Of a stretch of 64,000 nt of DNA, positions 53,002 to 64,000 are shown piece by piece. A program made the position numbers and the translations under genes. The notes beneath the pieces were generated by a model. That model did not search any database and had not been told where the DNA came from. It worked only from the letters and a program-made list of their open reading frames with translations. This stretch comes from Balanoglossus misakiensis. Taxonomy: Eukaryota; Animalia; Hemichordata. The first letter of the stretch is position 1, and every line of letters begins with the position of its first letter. The stretch lies in NCBI GenBank assembly GCA_040954595.2, contig CM082588.2, forward strand, positions 10,400,844-10,464,843. The letters run 5' to 3'.

Positions 53002-56000
53002 GTAAATAAACGAGGCTGTTTGGAAGCAACCATGGAAATTTTACAACTATCCGTCGATCTACGGAGTCTGGTGGAAAACTTTCTTATGCGCATAGGCCTA
53101 TTACGTGTTCTGCGTCTCACAACAGAATTCGGTAAATAAACGAGGCTGTTTGGAAGCAACCATGGAAATTTTAGAACTATCTCTCGATCTACAGAGTCTA
53201 GTGGAAAACGTTCTTATGCGCATAGGCCTATATATGTGTTCTGCGCATCACAACAGAATTCGTAAACAAACAAGGTTGTTTGGAAGCAACCATGGAAATT
53301 TTACAACTATCCGTCGATCTACAGAGTCTAGTGGAAAAATGTCTTATGCGCATTGGCCTATCATGTGTTCTGCGCCTCACAACAGAAATCAGTAAATAAA
53401 CGAGGCTGTTTGGAAGCAACCATGGAAATTTTACAACTATCCGTCGATCTACAGAGTCTAGTGGAAACGTTCTTATGCGCATAGGCCTATATATGTGTTC
53501 TGCGCATCACAACAGAATTTTGTAAACAAACGAGGCTGTGTTTGGTAGCAACCATGGACATTTTAGAACTATCTCTCGATCTACAGAGTCTATAGTGGAA
53601 AACTTTCTTATGCACATATGCCTATCTATGTGTTCTGCGCCTCACAACAGAATTCGGTAAATAAACGAGGCTGTTTGGAAGCAACCATGGAAATTTTACA
53701 ACTATCCGTCGATCTACAGAGTCTAGTGGAAAACGTTATTATGCGCATAGGCCTATATATGTGTTCTGCGCATCACAACAGAATTTTGTAAACAAACGAG
53801 GCTGTGTTTGGAAGCAACCATGGACATTTTAGAACTATCTCTCGATCTACAGAGTCTATAGTGGAAAACTTTCTTATGCACATAGGCCTATCTATGTGTT
53901 CTGTGCCTTACAACAGAATTCGGTAAATAAACGAGGCTGTTTGGAAGCAACCATGGAAATTTTACAACTATCCGTCGATCTACAGAGTCTAGTGGAAAAC
54001 GTTATTATGCGCATAGGCCTATATATGTGTTCTGCGCATCACAACAGAATTTTGTAAACAAACGAGGCTGTGTTTGGAAGCAACCATGGACATTTTAGAA
54101 CTATCTCTCGATCTACAGAGTCTATAGTGGAAAACTTTCTTATGCACATATGCCTATCTATGTGTTCTGCGCCTCAAAACAGAATTCCGTAAATAAACGA
54201 GGCTGTTTGGAAGCAAACATGGAAATTTTAGAACTATCTCTCGATCTACAGAGTATAGTGGAAAACGTTCATATGCGCATAGGCCTATCTATGTGTTCTG
54301 CGCATCACAACAGAATTTTGTAAACAAACCAGGCTTTGTTTGGAAGCAACCATGGACATTTTAGAACTATTCGTCGATCTACGGAGTCTAGTGGAAAACT
54401 TTCTTATGCGCATAGGCATATGTATGTGTTCTACGCATCACAACAGAATTCGGTAAATAAACGAGGCTGTTTGGAAACAACCATGGAAATTTTAGAACTA
54501 TCCGTTGATCTAAAGTTGAAAAGTTTTTTATGCGCATAGGCCTATCTATGTGTTCTGCGCCTCACAACAGAAATCGGTAAATAAACGAGGCTGTTTGGAA
54601 GCAACCATGGAAATTTTACAACTATCTCTCGATCTACAGAGTCTATAGTGGAAAACTTTCTTATTCACATATGCCTATCTATGTGTTCTGCGCCTCAAAA
54701 CAGAATTCCGCAAATAAACGAGGCTGTTTGGAAGCAAACATGGAAGTTTTAGAACTATCTCTCGATCTACAGTGTATGGTGGAAAACGTTCATATGCGCA
54801 TAGGCCTATCTATGTGTTCTGCGCATCACAACAGAATTTTGTAAACAAACGAGGCTGTGTTTGGTAGCAACCATGGACATTTTAGAACTATCTCTCGATC
54901 TACAGAGTCTATAGTGGAAAACTTTCTTATGCACATATGCCTATCTATGTGTTCTGCGCCTCACAACAGAATTCGGTAAATAAACGAGGCTGTTTGGAAG
55001 CAACCATGGAAATTTTACAACTATCCGTCGATCTACGGAGTCTGGTGGAAAACTTTCTTATGCGCATAGCCCTATATATGTGTTCTGCGCATCACAACAG
55101 AATTCGTAAACAAACGAGGTTGTTTGGAAGCAACCATGGAAATTTTACAACTATCCGTCGATCTACAGAGTCTAGTGGAAAAATGTCTTATGCGCATTGG
55201 CCTATCATGTGTTCTGCGCCTCACAACAGAAATCAGTAAATAAACGAGGCTGTTTGGAAGCAACCATGGAAATTTTACAACTATCAGTCCATCTACAGAG
55301 TCTGGTGGAAAACTTTCTTATGCGCATAGGCCTATAACGTGTTCTGCGCCTAACAACAGAATTCGGTAAATAAACGAGGCTGTTTGGAAGCAACCATGGA
55401 AATTTTACAAAAATCCGTCGATCTACAGAGTCTGGTGGAAAACTTTCTTATGCGCATAGGCCTATAACGTGTTCTGCGCCTAACAACAGAATTCGGTAAA
55501 TAAACGAGGCTGTTTGGAAGCAACCATGGAAATTTTACAACTATCCGTCGATCTACAGAGTCTAGTGGAAAACGTTATAATGCGCATAGGCCTATCTATG
55601 TGTTATGCGCATCACAACAGAAATCGGTAAATAAACGAGGCTGTATTTGGAAGCAACCATGAACATTTTACAACTATCCGTCGATCTACAGAGTCTAGTG
55701 GAAAACGTTCTTATGCGCATAGGCCTATATATGTGTTCTGCGCATCACAACAGAATTCGGTAAACAAACGAGGTTGTTTGGAAGCAACCATGGAAATTTT
55801 ACAACTATCCGTCGATCTACAGAGTCTAGTGGAAAAATGTCGTATGCGCATAGGCCTATCATGTGTTCTGCGCCTCAAAACAGAATTCCGTAAATAAACA
55901 AGGCTGTTTGCAAGCAAACATGGAAATTTTACAGCTATCCGTCGATCTACAGAGTCTAGTGGAAAACGTTCTTTTGCGCATAGGCCTATATATATGTTAT

Positions 56001-59000
56001 GCGCATCACAACAGAAATCGGTAAATAAACGAGGCTGTATTTGGAAGCAACCATGGACATTTTACAACTATCCGTCGATCTACAGAGTCCTGTGGAAAAC
56101 TTTCTAATGCGCATAGGCCTATTACGTGTTCTGCGCCTCACAACATAATTCCGTAAATAAACGAGGCTGTTTGGAAGCAACCATGGAAATTTTACAACTA
56201 TCCGTCGATCTACGGAGTCTGGTGGAAAACTTTCTTATGCGCATAGGCCTATTACGTGTTCTGCGTCTCACAACAGAATTCGGTAAATAAACGAGGCTGT
56301 TTGGAAGCAACCATGGAAATTTTAGAACTATCTCTCGATCTACAGAGTCTAGTGGAAAACGTTCTTATGCGCATAGGCCTATATATGTGTTCTGCGCATC
56401 ACAACAGAATTCGTAAACAAACGAGGTTGTTTGGAAGCAACCATGGAAATTTTACAACTATCCGTCGATCTACAGAGTCTAGTGGAAAAATGTCTTATGC
56501 GCATTGGCCTATCATGTGTTCTGCGCCTCACAACAGAAATCAGTAAATAAACGAGGCTGTTTGGAAGCAACCATGGAAATTTTACAACTATCCGTCGATC
56601 TACAGAGTCTAGTGGAAACGTTCTTATGCGCATAGGCCTATATATGTGTTCTGCGCATCACAACAGAATTTTGTAAACAAACGAGGCTGTGTTTGATAGC
56701 AACCATGGACATTTTAGAACTATCTCTCGATCTACAGAGTCTATAGTGGAAAACTTTCTTATGCACATATGCCTATCTATGTGTTCTGCGCCTCACAACA
56801 GAATTCGGTAAATAAACGAGGCTGTTTGGAAGCAACCATGGAAATTTTACAACTATCCGTCGATCTACAGAGTCTAGTGGAAAACGTTATTATGCGCATA
56901 GGCCTATATATGTGTTCTGCGCATCACAACAGAATTTCGTAAACAAACGAGGCTGTGTTTGGAAGCAACCATGGACATTTTAGAACTATCTCTCGATCTA
57001 CAGAGTCTATAGTGGAAAACTTTCTTATGCACATAGGCCTATCTATGTGTTCTGTGCCTTACAACAGAATTCGGTAAATAAACGAGGCTGTTTGGAAGCA
57101 ACCATGGAAATTTTACAACTATCCGTCGATCTACAGAGTCTAGTGGAAAACGTTATTATGCGCATAGGCCTATATATGTGTTCTGCGCATCACAACAGAA
57201 TTTTGTAAACAAACGAGGCTGTGTTTGGAAGCAACCATGGACATTTTAGAACTATCTCTCGATCTACAGAGTCTATAGTGGAAAACTTTCTTATGCACAT
57301 ATGCCTATCTATGTGTTCTGCGCCTCAAAACAGAATTCCGTAAATAAACGAGGCTGTTTGGAAGCAAACATGGAAATTTTAGAACTATCTCTCGATCTAC
57401 AGAGTATAGTGGAAAACGTTCATATGCGCATAGGCCTATCTATGTGTTCTGCGCATCACAACAGAATTTTGTAAACAAACCAGGCTTTGTTTGGAAGCAA
57501 CCATGGACATTTTAGAACTATTCGTCGATCTACGGAGTCTAGTGGAAAACTTTCTTATGCGCATAGGCATATGTATGTGTTCTACGCATCACAACAGAAT
57601 TCGGTAAATAAACGAGGCTGTTTGGAAACAACCATGGAAATTTTAGAACTATCCGTTGATCTAAAGTTGAAAAGTTTTTTATGCGCATAGGCCTATCTAT
57701 GTGTTCTGCGCCTCACAACAGAAATCGGTAAATAAACGAGGCTGTTTGGAAGCAACCATGGAAATTTTACAACTATCTCTCGATCTACAGAGTCTATAGT
57801 GGAAAACTTTCTTATTCACATATGCCTATCTATGTGTTCTGCGCCTCAAAACAGAATTCCGCAAATAAACGAGGCTGTTTGGAAGCAAACATGGAAGTTT
57901 TAGAACTATCTCTCGATCTACAGTGTATGGTGGAAAACGTTCATATGCGCATAGGCCTATCTATGTGTTCTGCGCATCACAACAGAATTTTGTAAACAAA
58001 CGAGGCTGTGTTTGGTAGCAACCATGGACATTTTAGAACTATCTCTCGATCTACAGAGTCTATAGTGGAAAACTTTCTTATGCACATATGCCTATCTATG
58101 TGTTCTGCGCCTCACAACAGAATTCGGTAAATAAACGAGGCTGTTTGGAAGCAACCATGGAAATTTTACAACTATCCGTCGATCTACGGAGTCTGGTGGA
58201 AAACTTTCTTATGCGCATAGCCCTATATATGTGTTCTGCGCATCACAACAGAATTCGTAAACAAACGAGGTTGTTTGGAAGCAACCATGGAAATTTTACA
58301 ACTATCCGTCGATCTACAGAGTCTAGTGGAAAAATGTCTTATGCGCATTGGCCTATCATGTGTTCTGCGCCTCACAACAGAAATCAGTAAATAAACGAGG
58401 CTGTTTGGAAGCAACCATGGAAATTTTACAACTATCAGTCCATCTACAGAGTCTGGTGGAAAACTTTCTTATGCGCATAGGCCTATAACGTGTTCTGCGC
58501 CTAACAACAGAATTCGGTAAATAAACGAGGCTGTTTGGAAGCAACCATGGAAATTTTACAAAAATCCGTCGATCTACAGAGTCTGGTGGAAAACTTTCTT
58601 ATGCGCATAGGCCTATAACGTGTTCTGCGCCTAACAACAGAATTCGGTAAATAAACGAGGCTGTTTGGAAGCAACCATGGAAATTTTACAACTATCCGTC
58701 GATCTACAGAGTCTAGTGGAAAACGTTATAATGCGCATAGGCCTATCTATGTGTTATGCGCATCACAACAGAAATCGGTAAATAAACGAGGCTGTATTTG
58801 GAAGCAACCATGAACATTTTACAACTATCCGTCGATCTACAGAGTCTAGTGGAAAACGTTCTTATGCGCATAGGCCTATATATGTGTTCTGCGCATCACA
58901 ACAGAATTCGGTAAACAAACGAGGTTGTTTGGAAGCAACCATGGAAATTTTACAACTATCCGTCGATCTACAGAGTCTAGTGGAAAAATGTCGTATGCGC

Positions 59001-59330
59001 ATAGGCCTATCATGTGTTCTGCGCCTCAAAACAGAATTCCGTAAATAAACAAGGCTGTTTGCAAGCAAACATGGAAATTTTACAGCTATCCGTCGATCTA
59101 CAGAGTCTAGTGGAAAACGTTCTTTTGCGCATAGGCCTATATATATGTTATGCGCATCACAACAGAAATCGGTAAATAAACGAGGCTGTATTTGGAAGCA
59201 ACCATGGACATTTTACAACTATCCGTCGATCTACAGAGTCCTGTGGAAAACTTTCTAATGCGCATAGGCCTATTACGTGTTCTGCGCCTCACAACAGAAT
59301 TCCGTAAATAAACGAGGCTGTTTGGAAGCA
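53002..59330. repeat. Tandem duplication of a 3151-bp (~24-monomer) satellite block
   Basis: The offset is 3151 for 53105/56256, 54336/57487, 54937/58088, 55711/58862 and 55986/59137. Shared variants include ACAAAAATCCG, GTCCTGTGG and ATGTCGTATG. Confidence 0.93.
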
Positions 59331-62300
59331 AACATGGAAACTTTACAGCTATCCGTCGATCTACAGAGTCTAGTGGAAAACGTTCTTTTGCGCATAGGCC
59401 TATATATGTGTTATGCGCATCACAACAGAAATCGGTAAATAAACGAGGCTGTATTTGGAAGCAACCGTGGACATTTTACATCTATCCGTCGATCTACAGA
59501 GTCTTGTGGAAAACTTTCTAATGCGCATAGGTCTATTACGTGTTCTGCGCCTCACAACAGAATTCGGTAAATAAACGAGGCTGTTTGGAAGCAACCATGG
59601 AAATTTTAGAACTATCCGTCGATCTACAGAGTCTAGTGGAAAAATGTCTTATGCGCATAGGCCTATCATGTGTTCTGCGCCTCACAACAGAAATCGGTAA
59701 ATAAACGAGGCAGTTTGGAAGCAACCATGGAAATTTTACAGCTATCCGTCGATCTACAGAGTCTAGTGGAAAACGTTCTTATGCGCATAGGCCTATATAT
59801 GTGTTCTGCGCATCACAACAGAATTTTGTAAACAAACGAGGCTGTGTTTGGAAGCAACCATGGAAATTTTAGAACTATCTCTCGATCTACAGAGTCTATA
59901 GTGGAAAACATTCTTATGCACATATGCCTATCTATGTGTTCTGCGCCTCAAAACAGAATTCCGTAAATAAACGAGGCTGTTTGGAAGCAAACATGGAAAT
60001 TTTAGAACTATCTCTCGATCTACAGAGTATAGTGGGAAACGTTCATATGCACATAGGCCTATATATGTGTTCTGCGCATCACAACAGAATTTTGTAAACA
60101 AACGAGGCTTTGTTTGGAAGCAACCATGGACATTTTAGAACTATCCGTCGATCTACAGAGTCTAGTGGAAAAATTTCTTATGCGCATGGGCCTATCATGT
60201 GTTCTGCGCCTCACAACAGAAATCGGTAAATAAACGAGGCTGTTTGGAAGCAACCATGGAAATTTTAGAACTATCCGTCGACCTTCAGCGTCTAGTGGAA
60301 AACTTTTTTATGCGCATAGGCCTATCTATGTGTTCAGAGCCTCACAACAGAAATCGGTAAATAAACGAGGCTGTTTGGAAACAACCATGGAAATTTTAGA
60401 ACTATCCGTCGATCTAAAAGGTCTAGTGGAAAACGTTCTTATGCGCATAGGCCTATCTATGTGTTCTGCGCATCACAACAGAATTTTGTAAACAAACGAG
60501 GCTGTGTTTTGAGGCAACCATGTATATTTTAGAACTATCTCTCGATCTACAGAGTCTAGTGGAAAACTTTCTTATGCGCATAGGCCTAGCTATGTGTTCT
60601 GCGCATTACAACAGAATTTTGTAAACAAACGAGGTTGTGTTTGGAATCAACCATGGAAATTTTAGAACTATCCGTCGATCTACAGTGAAAAAGTTTCTTA
60701 TGCGCATAGGCCTATCATGTGTTCTGCGCATCACTGCAGAATTTTGTAAACAAACGAGGCTGTGTTTGGAAGCAACCATGGAAATTTTAGAACTATCCGT
60801 CGATCTATAGAGTCTAGTGGAAAACGTTCTTATGCGCATAGGCCTATCTATGTGTTCTGCGCATTACAACAGAATTTGGAAATAAACGAGGCTGTGTTTG
60901 GAAGCAACCATGGAAATTTTAGAACTATCCGTCGATCTGCAGAGTCTAGTAAAAAACTTTCTTATGCGCATAGGCCTATCACGTGTTCTGCGCCTCACAA
61001 CAGAAATCGGTAAATAAACGAGGCTGTTTGGATGCAACCATGGAAATTTTAGAACTATCCGTCGATCTACAGAGTCTAGTGGAAAAGTTTCTTATGCACA
61101 TAGGCCTATCTATGTGATCTGCGCATCACAGCAGAATTCGGTAAATAAACAAGGCTGTTTGAAATCAACCATGGACATTTTAGAACTATCCGTCGATCTA
61201 CAGAGTCTAGTGGAAAACTTTCTTATGCGCATAGGCCTAGCTATGTGTTCTGCGCATCACAAAAGAATTTTGTAAACAAACGAGGCTGTGTTTGGAAGCA
61301 ACCATGGAAATTTTAGAACTATCTCTCGATCTACAGAGTCTATGGAAATTTTAGAACTATCCGTCGATCTACAGTGAAAAAGTTTCTTATGCGCATAGGC
61401 CTATCATGTGTTCTGCGCATCACTGCAGACTTTTGTAAACAAACGAGACTGTGTTTGGAAGCAACCTTGGAAATTTTAGAACTATCTCTCGATCTACAGA
61501 GTCTAGTGGAAAACTTTCTAATGCGCATAGGCCTATCACGTGTTCTGCGCCTCACAACATAATTCGGTAAATAAACGAGGCTGTTTGGAAGCAAGTATGG
61601 ATATTTTAGAACTATCCGTCGATCTACAGAGTCTAGTGGAAAAATTCTTATGCGCATAGGCCTATCATGTGTTCTGCGCATCACAACAGAATTCATTAAA
61701 TAAACGAGGCTGTTTGGAAGCAACCATGGACATTTTAGAACTATCCGTCGATCTACAGAGTCTAGTGGAAAAATTTCTTATGCGCATAGGCCTATCATGT
61801 GTTCTGCGCCTCACAACAGAAATCGGTAAATTAACGAGGCTGTTTGGAAGCAACCATGGCAATTTTAGAACTATCCGTCGATCTACAGAGTCTAGTGGAA
61901 AACTTTCTTATGCGCATAGGCCTATCACGTGTTCTGCGCCTAACAACAGAATTCGGTAAATAAACGAGGCTGTTTGGAAGCAACTATGGAAATTTTAGAA
62001 CTACCCGTCGATCTACAGAGTCTAGTGGAAAAATTTCTTATGCGCATAGTCCTATCATGTGTTCTGCGCATCACAACAGAATTCGGTAAATAAACGAGGC
62101 TGTTTGGAAGCAACCATTGAAATTTTACAACTATCCGTCGATCTACAGAGTATAGTGGAAAACTTTCTTATGCGTATAGGCCTATCATGTGTTCAGCGCC
62201 TCACAACAGAAATCGGTAAATAAACGAGGCTGTTTAGAAGCACCCATGTAAATTTTAGAACTATCCATCGATCTACAGAGTCTAGTGGAAAACGTTCTTT

Positions 62301-63094
62301 TGCGCATAGGCCTATCTATGTGTTCTGCGCATCACAAAATAATTTTGTAAACAAACGAGGCTGTTTGGAAGCAACCACGGAAATTTTTGAACTATCTCTC
62401 GATCTACACAGTCTAGTGGAAAAATTTCTTATGAGCATGGGCCTATCATGTGTTCTGCGCCTCACAACAGAAATCGGTAAATAAACGAGGCTGTTTGGAA
62501 GCAACCATGGAAATTTTAGAACTATCCGTCGATCTTCAGCGTCTAGTGGAAAACTTTCTTATGCGCATAGGCCTATCTATGTGTTCAGCGCCTCACAACA
62601 GAAATCGGTAAATAAACGAGGCTGTTTGGAAACAACCATGGAAATTTTAGAACTATCCGTCGATCTAAAAGGTCTAGTGGAAAACGTTCTTATGCGCATA
62701 GGCCTATCTATGTGTTCTGCGCATCACAACAGATTTTTGTAAACAAACGAGGCTGTGTTTTGAGGCAACCATGGATATTTTAGAACTATCTCTCGATCTA
62801 CAGAGTCTAGTGGAAAACTTTCTTATGCACATAGGCCTATCTATGTGTTATGTGCCTCACAACAGAATTCGGTAAACAAACGAGGTTGTTTGGAAGCAAC
62901 CATGGGCATTTTGGAACTATCCGTCGATCCACAGAGTCTAGTGGAAAACGTTCTTATGCGCATAGGCCTATCTATGTGTTCTGCGCATTTTACTTTTGCC
63001 ACTCCACTCAAAGTAAGCATCGGTGTGGTGGTGTGGCAAGTAGTCTGCCCTTGTACACTAGACAAACCAGGCAATAAATGAAATGTAGCGAAGA

Positions 63095-63337
63095 ATGGAG
63101 GGGTGGGTGTGGGATGGGGTGTCCCCCTCCCATATTAGAAAATCTTGTAAAATTAAGGGCGCGAAACTGCAATTTTGTGGACTCAAAGCAAAAGTTTTGC
63201 GGCAAAAGTATGTGACCCCCTAAACGTTTAAAAAAAAAAGATTACCCCCACTTTCGGACTTCAAAATTTAAGTGACCCCCCCCCCCCCCCCTGGATTTTG
63301 CCGCCCCACCCGGCCGTAAAAACTGAATGGTCCCTTA
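63095..63337. mobile_element. Probable one end of a non-autonomous DNA transposon (PIF/Harbinger-like MITE)
   Basis: The segment ends ...CCGTAAAAACTGAATGGTCCC|TTA (minus strand TAA|GGGACCATTCAG). It is preceded by three (G/T)ACCCCC motifs at ~30-bp spacing (63212, 63242, 63272), a C16 run (63276-63291) and a GGGGTGTCCCCCTCCC segment. No partner terminus was seen. Confidence 0.4.
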
Positions 63338-64000
63338 CCCATATACGCGACTTCCATTAATAAATTTGAAGAATAAGAGATCCTCTCCGTAAATAGGCCT
63401 TATTGGGGGTCAAAACTACCGAAAGAAGACCCTGCCCCAACTCCCCTTTAAACCAACTAATTCACACCGGGTTAGTTTTGTTTCTTTCATATTTGAATGA
63501 GAATTAAAATGCCGCAGGAAATTCTGCTGGCGTCCTTAGGATACGAGATCGGGAACTTTCAAAAGTTCCGCAGAATATACCCCAAGAGGGCGCTGTTGCT
63601 GACCTTCGACCCGTTTCCTTTGACCAGTTCTGTGTCTTCGTTGTAAACACATGTGTGACACGCAGGCTAGAGAATCTGCCAGTTTTTTCTGTCGTCAACT
63701 CCAATGTCGCCTTTTCTATGGACGTTAGTTGGCCAGTGTTTGTTACACATCCAGGACGGTGTCATATTTCTCTGAAAGAATAGCGGAAAACATGCAAAGC
63801 CAAGGAGCGAGCAAGTACCAGCTGTTTTCTGCAAGTCATGGGTTCAGGCCCCCACACTGTCCACCATCATTATTCCTATATACAGATTTGGCGGAGTGAG
63901 TATTGAAACATTACAGTATTTAGTGTGTTTTAAGATATCACTGATAGTTTTCACGACTTAATGTGTGGGTAGAATCACATTCATCGCGATAACGTTACTG

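Larger units (their letters stand above)
4273..62988. repeat. Satellite DNA array, ~131-bp monomer (mostly 130-135 bp, some 124 bp), about 445 head-to-tail copies in one orientation
   Basis: Consensus is approximately TATCTATGTGTTCTGCGC(C/A)TCACAACAGAA(T/A)TCGGTAAATAAACGAGGCTGTTTGGAAGCAACCATGGAAATTTTA(C/G)AACTATCCGTCGATCTACAGAGTCTAGTGGAAAAC(G/T)TTCTTATGCGCATAGGCC. The first monomers start at 4273, 4404, 4537, 4668 and 4798. The array ends at ...GTTCTGCGCAT 62988. Copy number is length divided by monomer size. Confidence 0.99.

Noticed and set aside
4244-63081. More than 150 short ORFs (MLPNSLVY..., MFGSNHGN..., MRIRTFPL...)
   Set aside because: They are translations of the satellite on both strands. 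Monomer lengths are mostly not multiples of 3, variants shift frames freely and no domain is recognisable.
63504-63780. Minus-strand ORF 63504-63704 with a possible acceptor near 63772
   Set aside because: All three frames read from that acceptor hit stops early, and the peptide is unrecognisable.

Overview
This is eukaryotic, probably invertebrate-animal, non-coding DNA, and I find no credible protein-coding gene. About 92% of the window (4273-62988) is one uninterrupted head-to-tail satellite array of ~131-bp monomers (about 445 copies), so the ORFs listed there are repeat artefacts. The array has two monomer subfamilies, nested multi-kb duplications (6192, ~3.7-3.8k, 2629/3153 and 3151 bp), an abrupt homogeneous left edge and a diverged right edge. 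The most unusual structure is in the left flank. Seventeen degenerate 16-bp palindromes (GGYTTG-N4-CAARCC) recur every 31-34 bp with non-repeating spacers (3622-4153). They are followed by a 29-bp inverted repeat and a ...TTTGCAGTG|TA end that abuts the satellite exactly. I read this as the terminus and subterminal binding-site array of a CACTA/EnSpm-like DNA transposon inserted into the satellite, which is an inference. Further left are a CpG-rich TATA/E2F promoter-like region with candidate splice sites, two local duplications and a 70-bp minisatellite. The right flank holds a probable PIF/Harbinger-like MITE end. Coordinates were counted by hand.
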